Of a stretch of DNA of 64,000 nucleotides, positions 56,070 through 64,000 are shown one piece after another (position 1 is the stretch's first letter; the number at the start of each line of letters is the position of its first letter). The notes beneath the pieces are model-generated. The model had not been told where the DNA came from. It was given only the letters and a program-made list of their open reading frames with translations, and searched no databases. The stretch comes from Eledone cirrhosa (lineage: Eukaryota), in assembly GCA_964016885.1 (NCBI GenBank), contig OZ024740.1:118978001-119042000 (forward strand), read 5' to 3'. Position numbers and translations under genes: made by a program.

Positions 56070-56341
56070 TTGATATACTTTCGGGAGGGGGGGGGGGTCA
56101 TGCTGCCAATAATCAAACAACTCACAAAAGCAAGATGGTGTAGGACAGAACAAAGGAGAGACACAAAATTACTAATTAATCACTGAAGAGTTCACAGACT
56201 GTGAAAAAAGAGCTTTGTTAATAAACAAATAAACAACCATCTAGTTATTAAACTAACTGGAAATTTATAATAAATTGAAGTCAAAAGCCAACAGGTGTGT
56301 GTAATTTTATTGGCAGCATGACCCTCCCAATTTATAACAAT
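56070..56341. mobile_element. MITE-like element with ~35-bp inverted ends (TTGTTATAC..GGGAGGGTCATGCTGCCAATAA); second right end at 56730-56889
   Basis: Inverted termini seen directly; related ends at ~12806-12848 and ~50146-50230, next to TA repeats. Confidence 0.65.
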
Positions 56342-56399
56342 ATTTGTTTCAACACACATTTTCAGAGAAGAAATCTTACAAAACAAATAAAAATAATAT

Positions 56400-56720
56400 G
56401 AAGGATATATTGTATGATGCATATATATGAACAGCAATGTTGCATGGTAATTAGACCTGGTCACTGTGCTGAGGACCTGCAAAGATTGGACAGGAATGAA
56501 ACAAATGACCATGGTATCTGGAATTATGCAGTAATACAGAAAACCCGGCTTCCCATATGCAGGAGCTGAGGCATCCCTCTATTATGCATCACTTTCTCTT
56601 CCCTCACCTCTCTCATACACTTCTCAACTTGTAACAACCCACCCATGTCCTAACACACCACCCAGACCACTCTGTATTGTGGTCAAGTTGATGACATGAT
56701 AAAAGTGCATAGCCCACACT
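56400..56720 (+). mobile_element. Internally deleted old RTE fragment
   Basis: LYDAYI*TAMLHGN*TW followed by 3' UTR-like sequence. Confidence 0.65.
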
Positions 56721-56898
56721 AATTCGTCACTGAGGAGGTCACAGAATAGGTGAGAAAAGAGTTTTGACAATAAATAAACAATCATCCAGTTTTTAAAACA
56801 AACAACGGGAAATTTGTAATGAATTGAAGTGAAAACCAACAGGTGCACGTGTTTTTATTGGCAGCATGACCCTCCAAAAGTATAACAATATAATATAT

Positions 56899-57840
56899 AT
56901 TAGTGGCCAGAAAGTCTATTAAATACAAAGCGATTTATTCAATCAATGATATAATTATAGTTTCATTCCATTATCTTTTGCCATCTTGGTGGCTGATCTA
57001 TTATTCCCTGCACAAAGAATTTCCTGTTTTTACTGGCAAAAAGCATTTCTAGAGGTATTTTTACATCCTCTTCAGAGCTGAAAGTCTGTCCATTGAACGA
57101 TTTTTGAAGCGACTGAAACAAGCGGAAATCTTAAGGCACAATGTTAGTCAAATATGAAGGGTGTGGCCAAACTTCCCAGCCAAGCTACAGTAACTTTTGT
57201 CTCATCAGCAAAGAAGTGTGTGATTTAGCATTGTGGTAATTAAATAAAACGCTCTGACAATTAGTATGTGCTGGACACTTCTGTCCACAGTATACATCCA
57301 AATTTACAGTCCCGTCTGTGGAAAGAAACTCGTAAAAGATAACACCCCTCAAATTCCATTGAATTGAAAGCATAACCTTCTTAGGGAGAAGTTCTGCTTT
57401 GGAGATTGCTTTTGGTGGTTTGCCACATTTCCCCCATAATTGTTTGCACTTCACATTCTTATAGGCAGTACATTTTTCTTTCACCATTCTCTTCAAATCG
57501 TATTGGTTCCTTCACGTTTCTGCAAAATATCACAGATGGAAATCAGTAGGGTGAGCTTAGCCTCATTTGGACCCAAACATCAAGCCTACTGACATAACCA
57601 AATTGATGCAGATGGTTTTCAACAGTCAATTTGGATATTTGGAGAATATCTAAGATCATACTAATCGTATAATGGGAATTAGCATCAACTCACTTGTTGA
57701 CTCTGTTGCTGTTAATCTCAATTGGTCAGCCAGAGTGAGGTGCACCATGAACTGAAAGATTTCCTGATTGAAATCTTGAAAACCATCTCTGGAACACATG
57801 TTCCTTAACATCACTTTCTCTGTATTTGGTGCATATGTTC
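56899..57840 (-). mobile_element. Mariner (Tc1/mariner DD34D-type) transposon remnant; 5' end replaced by RTE sequence
   Basis: QRWFSRFQSG..HSG*P, HLHQLGYVSRLDVWV, KKVMLSIQWNLRGVIFYEFL, HNAKSHT..RQKL..LGWEVWPHPSY..P*DFRLFQSLQ; TIR-like end next to TA at ~56900. Confidence 0.85.
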
Positions 57841-57842
57841 CT

Positions 57843-58815
57843 CAGGGAAATGGCCTTGCTGAGTATGTAGGAAAGGTGTAGGTAGGAACTCCATCTTCTG
57901 CCTCAAATGCAAACAATGGGTGCACAAGAGATGTAATGGGATCTCAGGAAGCTTAGCTAAGAATGTAGGCTTCACATGAAGCAGTATGCTGGGACAGAAA
58001 GCAGCGAACGACCACGGGAAACAAGCACCACCAAACTCTACGAGAAGCTCTGTAGAAACTGTAGACAGCTTTTGCTAACTAGGTGACCGAATGAGCAGCG
58101 GAGGTGGGTGTTTGGAAAGTACAGTAACTAGGGTAAGAATGGGATGGAAGAAGTTCAGGGAGCTACTGCCACTGCTAGCTGCAAAAGGCTTCTCCATCAA
58201 AATGAAAGGCAGACTGTATGATGCGTGTATATGAACAACAATGTTTCATGGTAGAGAGACCTGGGCACTGTCTGTAGAAGACTTGCATAGATTAGAAAGA
58301 AACGAAGCTTGCATGATCCGATGGATGTGTAATACGCGAATGGCAAAGCATAAATGAATTGAGAGAGAGACTGAGCATAAGAGGAATCAAATGCTGTGCG
58401 CAGGAGAGGAGGTTGCGTTGGTATGGACATGAGATGTGTATGAAGGATGACAGCTGCATAAAAAGGTGCAGAGCACTAGAAGTCGATGGAAGCCGTGGAG
58501 TGGGGAGACCCAAGAAGACCTGGGATGAGGTGATAAAAGCCGACCTTACCCAAATGCACCTCTCAAAGGCAATGACACATGACCGTGACCTCTGGCGTCA
58601 CGCGGTAATACAGAAGACCCAACTTCCCACGAGTACAAGCCGAAGCTGATGCAATGGGGTTGGGGTTAGGAAGGGCATCCAGCTTTAGAAATCAAGCCAG
58701 AATCAGTTCCTGTATGAGCAAGACAAAGTCAGCCGACCGGACACTGCCTACAATAGGTCAACACGGCTAACCCATGCTAGCGTGGAAGAACGGACGTAAA
58801 ACGGTGGTGATGATA
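57843..58815 (+). mobile_element. RTE subfamily C, 5'-truncated, 3' UTR repeats deleted
   Basis: GKWPC to GRPKKTW; ORF 58359-58649; TGA tail into TA. Confidence 0.93.
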
Positions 58816-58985
58816 TATTTATATATATAGGAAAAGAGTCAGGACCCCGATGGCTGAGATCTGGTCATTTCGACAGCTAGATCCGAACTAAGCCACCACT
58901 GTACAATGATAAGTATTGACTACTCTGGTACTTTATGGTCTACCTGGTATCATACCACTCTCTCTTTGTTATATATATATATATA

Positions 58986-60680
58986 CAAACGCTCTTTTCA
59001 TTGTACGACAACTACAGGAGAAGTACCCAGCTAAAAGTAAACCCCTATACTTAGCTTTTGTCGACTTGGAGAAAGCCTTCGTCAGAGTCCCCCATTCCAT
59101 TATCTGGAGGGCTCTTAGAAAACTAGGTGTTGATGAATGGCTTGTGAGAGCTATACAAGCCATGTATAAAGAAACAGTCAGCAAGGTTAGAATTAACAAC
59201 GAATATAGTTAAGAGTTTAGCTTAAAGGTTAGTGTTCATCAGGGCTCTGTTCTTAGCCCCCTACTATTTATTATTGACCTTCAGGCTATAACAGTGGCGT
59301 TCAAGACTGGCTGCCCATGGGAACCCCTATACGCAGATGATCTAACGCTCATAGCTGAATCAATGGCTGAGCTACAGAAGAAATTCGAAACATGGAAGCA
59401 CGGCCTAGAATCAAGGCCTTAAAATTAACCTGGCTAATACTAAAGTTCTAGTTTGTAGGAAAGAAAATAAGGCACCGGTCCCTTCCGGGAAATGGCCATG
59501 CTCAGTGTGTAGGAAAGGCGTAGGTAGAAACTCCATTTTATGTCCCAAATGCAAAGTATGGGTGCATAAAAGATGTAGTGGGATCACAGGTAAGCTAACT
59601 AAGAACATAGATTTTACATGTGGCCGGTGCTCTGGTGCAATAAGTAGCAGCAAGTGCCCACGAAATACTAGCTCTTTCAATTACGCAGAGGGTTCTATAG
59701 AAATAGTGGACATCTTCCGTTACCTGGGTGACAAAATCAGCAATGGGGGAGGGTGCTCTGAAAGTACAGTAGCTAGAGTCAGAACTGGATGGAAAAAGTT
59801 CAGAGAGCTTATACCACTATTAGCCGCTAAAGTGTTCTCCCTAAAAATGAAAGGCAGGTTGTATGATGCCTGCATACGAACAGCAATGTTGCATGGCAGT
59901 GAGACCTGGGCATTGTGTGCAGAGGATATACGCAGACTAGAGAGGAACGAAGCTTGCATGCTCCGCTGGATGTGTAATAGTAATATACGTGAACGGCAAA
60001 GCATTAACGAACTAAGGGAAAAATTAGAAATAAGAGGGATCAGATGTTGTTTACTCGAGAGAAGGCTACGTTGGTATGGTGACGTGATGCGCATGAAAGA
60101 CGACAGCTGTATAAAAAAGTGCAGGGCAATAAAGATAGACGGTAGCCACGGAGTAGGCAGACCCAGAAAAACCTGGGACGACTTGATAAATTCCGACCTC
60201 ACACACTTACACCTCTCCAAGACAATGTCACTGGGCCGAGATCTTTGGCTGTACTCAGTAATAGAGAAGACCCGCCTTACCTAAGTACAAAGTAAAACCT
60301 ACTACAGTCAGTAGGAACCTCTAACAAAATACACCCCCGTCCAACCACCCCCACCCCATCCACACCGCCCCTTTCAATGTAAAGTTATGTTGCTGCCACA
60401 ACATCCAGGCCGAAACAAATGAGGTCGTGTAGGTGTCACGACAAAAAAAAAACACACAGTCCACGCTGTAATGTGGCCGTGTAGGTAACACGGTAAAAAC
60501 CTCCCAGTCCCACACTGTAAACTTGGTTGGTGTTAGGAAGGGCATCCAGCCGTAGAAAAGCCGCCAGACAGTCCTATGCGAGCAGACAACCACTCTTGCC
60601 TCAAGTGGGAAAACTCCGGTCCAAACCCATGCAAGCGTGGAATATGGTCGTTAAACGATGATGATTGATGATGATGATGA
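58986..60680 (+). mobile_element. RTE subfamily B, 5'-truncated
   Basis: ORF pieces 58916-59212 and 59505-60284; YADD; (TGA)n tail; TA flanks. Confidence 0.96.
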
Positions 60681-60938
60681 TATATCGTTTAAAGAAATGT
60701 TAACATAACTATATTTGAATATACACAACAAACAAACTAATGTCAATATAAAATACATATATTAATATATTTATGAAATAAATTCTGAGCCCTCGATATA
60801 TTTTATATATGTTAGAGTAAACCTGATCCGAAATATTGCTCATAAATCTTTTCTATTACTTATTTCATTGGAAACAAAACAATAATAAATTATATTAATC
60901 TTTCTATACAGAAATGTTTTAATTTTTGTTTCGCTGCC

Positions 60939-61019
<81 letters not shown>

Positions 61020-61021
<2 letters not shown>

Positions 61022-64000
61022 TCATCATCATCATCATCATCATCACCGTTTTACGTCCGTTCTTCCACGCTAGCATGGGTTAGACGGGTTGTCCTGTTGT
61101 GGGCAGTGTCTGGTCGGCTGACCATGCCTTGCTCATACAGGAACTGATTTGGCTTGATTTCTACAGCTGGTTGCCCTTCCTAACACCAACCTCATTTACA
61201 GTGAGTGCTGGGTGCTTTTTCGTGGCGCCTACACGTCCACTTTACAGTGTGGGCTGGGTGCTTTTTTGCCGTGGCACCTCCACGACCACCTTGCGGTGGG
61301 GGTGTGGGGGCATATTGTCTATATGCTTCAGCTTGTACCCATGGGAGGTCGGGTACTCTGTATTACTGCGTGACGCCAGAAGTCACGGTCGTGTGCCATT
61401 GTCTTTGAGAGGTGTAATTGGGTAAGGTCGGCTTTTATCACCTCATCCCAGGTCATCTTGGGTCTCCCCACTCCGCGGTTTCCATCAACTTCTAGTGCTC
61501 TGCACCTTTTTATGCAGCTGTCATCCTTCATACGCATCACATGTCCTTTCCTGCACACAGCATTTGATTCCTCTTATGCTCAGTCTCTCTCAATTCATTT
61601 ATGCTTTGTCGTTCACGTATATTATTGTTACACACCCATCGGAGCATGCAGGCTTCGTTTCTCTCTAATCTACATAAGTGTTCCACCTTCAGCGCCCAGG
61701 TCTCGCTACCATGCAACATCGCTGTTCGGATACACGCATCATACAGTCTGCCTTTCATTCTGAGGGAGAAGCCTTTTGCAGCTAGCAGTGGTAGTAGTTC
61801 CCTAAACTTCTTCCATCCCGTTCTTACCCTAGTTATTTCACTTTCTGAACACCCACCTCCGTTGCTAATTCGGTCACCTAGGTAGCAGAAGCTGTCTACT
61901 GTTTCTACAAGGCCCTCCCAGAGATTGGTGGTACTTGTTTCCTGTGGCTGTTTGCTGTCTGCTGTCTCAGCACAGCTGCTGCATGTGAATCCTACATTCT
62001 TAATTAAGCTTCCTGAGATCCCGCTACATCTCCTGTGTACCCATTGTTTGCATTTGGGGCAGAGAATGGAGTTCCTACCTACACCTTTCCTACATACTGA
62101 GCAAGGCCATTTCCCTGAGGGGATCTGGGTTCTGTTTTCTCGTCTACTTACAAGGACCTTAGTCTTTGTCATGTTGACTTTGAGACCCTTTCTTTCTAGT
62201 CCCTGCTTCCAGGTTTGGAATTTATTCTCTAGTTCTTTCATAGATTCAGCTATGAGTGCGAGGTCATCAGCATACAGGAGTTCCCATGGGCATCCGGTCT
62301 TAAACTCCTCCGTTATTGCCTGCAGCACTATGATGAACAGGAGAGGGCTAAGAACAGAGCCCTGGTGGACCCCAACCTGTACGCTAAATTCCTCGCTATA
62401 CTCATTGCTAATCCTAACTTTGCTGACTGCTCCCCTATACATGGCTTGTACCGCTTTCACAAGCCATTCATCTACTCCTAGTTTTCTAAGAGCCCACCAG
62501 ATTACAGCACGTGGAACTCTGTCAAAGGCTTTCTCAAGGTCGACAAATGCCAAATAGAGTGGCTTACTTTTAGCTAGGTACTTTTCCTGTAATTGCCTCA
62601 CAAGGAAGAGGGCATCAGTGGTGCCTCTTCCTGGTACAAACCCAAATTGCATCTCGTCTATTTTCACCCGGTCCCTAATCAGCTGTGCTATAACTCTTTC
62701 TGTTACTTTCATGACCTGGTCCATCAACTTTATACCTCTATAGTTTCCTCTATCTAGTGCATCGCCTTTACCTTTGTAGCAGTTGACAATGATGCTACTG
62801 CACCAATCTTTTGGTATGGCCCCTTCTAGTATTACCTGGCTAACGATACGTGTGGTTATAGTGTGACCTACAGACTCAGATGCCTTCAATATCTCGGCAG
62901 CTACACCCGATGGACCAGTTGCCTTCCCCATCTTCATATCTTTGATTGCCTTACTTACTACGCTGCTGCTGACTTGTACTGCTGGTCCCTCTATAGGGTC
63001 TACTTGGGTTAGGGTCTCTTATTCCCATGCATTCTCCTCATTTAGTAATCTATCATAATGACTCTTCCATGCATCTTTCTTCTCAGCACTTGTGTGGGCA
63101 AGCTCACCTTTATCATTCCGGATACACTTCTCTCCAATGACATCACAACTATCTCTGACACACTGCCTCGCAATCTTGAAAACCTGCTGTTTCTGGTCCT
63201 CACGTTGTAAAACATGCTTTAATGTTCTATCCTCTGCTTCCCTCCTAGCTAAGTATACTTGTCGCCTAGCTTCCCTCTTGGTCTCTATGTAATGTACCCT
63301 GCTCCCCCCGTTCTTCCATTTTTCCATGCCTGTCTCTTGGCCTTGACTGCTTCATCTACCTTATTGTTCCACCACCAAGACACTCTGCTCCTGCTTGAGG
63401 TCTTACTCCAGCCACAGACCTCATCCGTCGACTCTAGTAAATTATTTTTTAGGAACTCCCAGTTCTCTTCTACATTAAATGTCTATATCTGTTCTTCTTT
63501 ACTGTCGTAGGCGTTGAGTAAAATATCTTTAAATCTGTTACTGGTTGAGGGGTATTTCAGCTTCCAGATCTTTCTGCTCCAGGTTGGCCTCTGTTTCCAG
63601 GTTCGTTCAGTTCTGACTGTGAGGTCGCTGACAACTAAGCTATGTTGGGATGTACATTCCTCACTAGGGAAGGCTTTTGTGTTTACGACCGTCCATCTGT
63701 CACGTCCTCTGGTGAGGATAAAATCTAACTGACTAGAGTGCTCCCCTGATCTATAGGTGATCAGGTGGTTGTCGGGTTTTTTAAAGATCGTGTTACATAT
63801 CGACATGTCATTGGCGTCGCAGAATTCTAGAAGTCTGAATCCTTCCTCATTCCTTGTACCAACCCCATGGCCTCCATGTACTCTATTGAAGCCGTCGCAG
63901 TGTTTACCTACGTGTCCGTTAAAATCTCCTGCGATGATTAGGAAGTCCTTGTCGTCTGTTAGAGCAGTAGTGTGTATTAGGGACTCGTAAAACCTATCCT
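61020..64000 (-). mobile_element. RTE subfamily C (APE + RT), runs off window
   Basis: RT ORF 61537-62937 (YADD), APE pieces 63483-64000 (GDFNGHVG, QLDFIL); (CAT)n tail in (TA)n. Confidence 0.97.
61537..62937 (-). pseudogene. RTE RT ORF remnant (466 aa) with intact C4HC3 PHD-like finger
   Basis: NYRGIKL, QFGF, FVDLEKAFDRV, HQGSVLSPLLF, YADD, CSVC..CPKCKQWVHRRC..CSSC, FCYLGD; frameshift near 3' end. Confidence 0.93.

Overview
AT-rich, microsatellite-dense eukaryotic DNA, most likely an octopus or other coleoid cephalopod intron/intergenic region (inferred from the SINE, RTE and (TA)n landscape). No host exon could be supported. Most recognisable sequence is mobile DNA: more than a dozen RTE-clade LINE copies from about three subfamilies (RT with an internal PHD-type finger, (TGA)n tails, mostly inserted in (TA)n arrays), two large Naiad-type Penelope-like elements (PLEs) plus remnants, tRNA-headed SINEs, R4/Dong fragments, a decayed mariner, and a 2.8-kb non-autonomous Gypsy-type LTR element. 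Most notable: (1) one Naiad PLE whose 337-codon C-terminal frame is broken only by two TGA codons, both at conserved Cys positions (candidate selenoprotein retroelement family); (2) several small (TA)n-anchored elements with type I hammerhead ribozymes, one a 421-bp terminally redundant retrozyme-like unit; (3) fold-back/inverted element ends at (TA)n arrays. Boundaries of decayed elements are approximate and read by eye.
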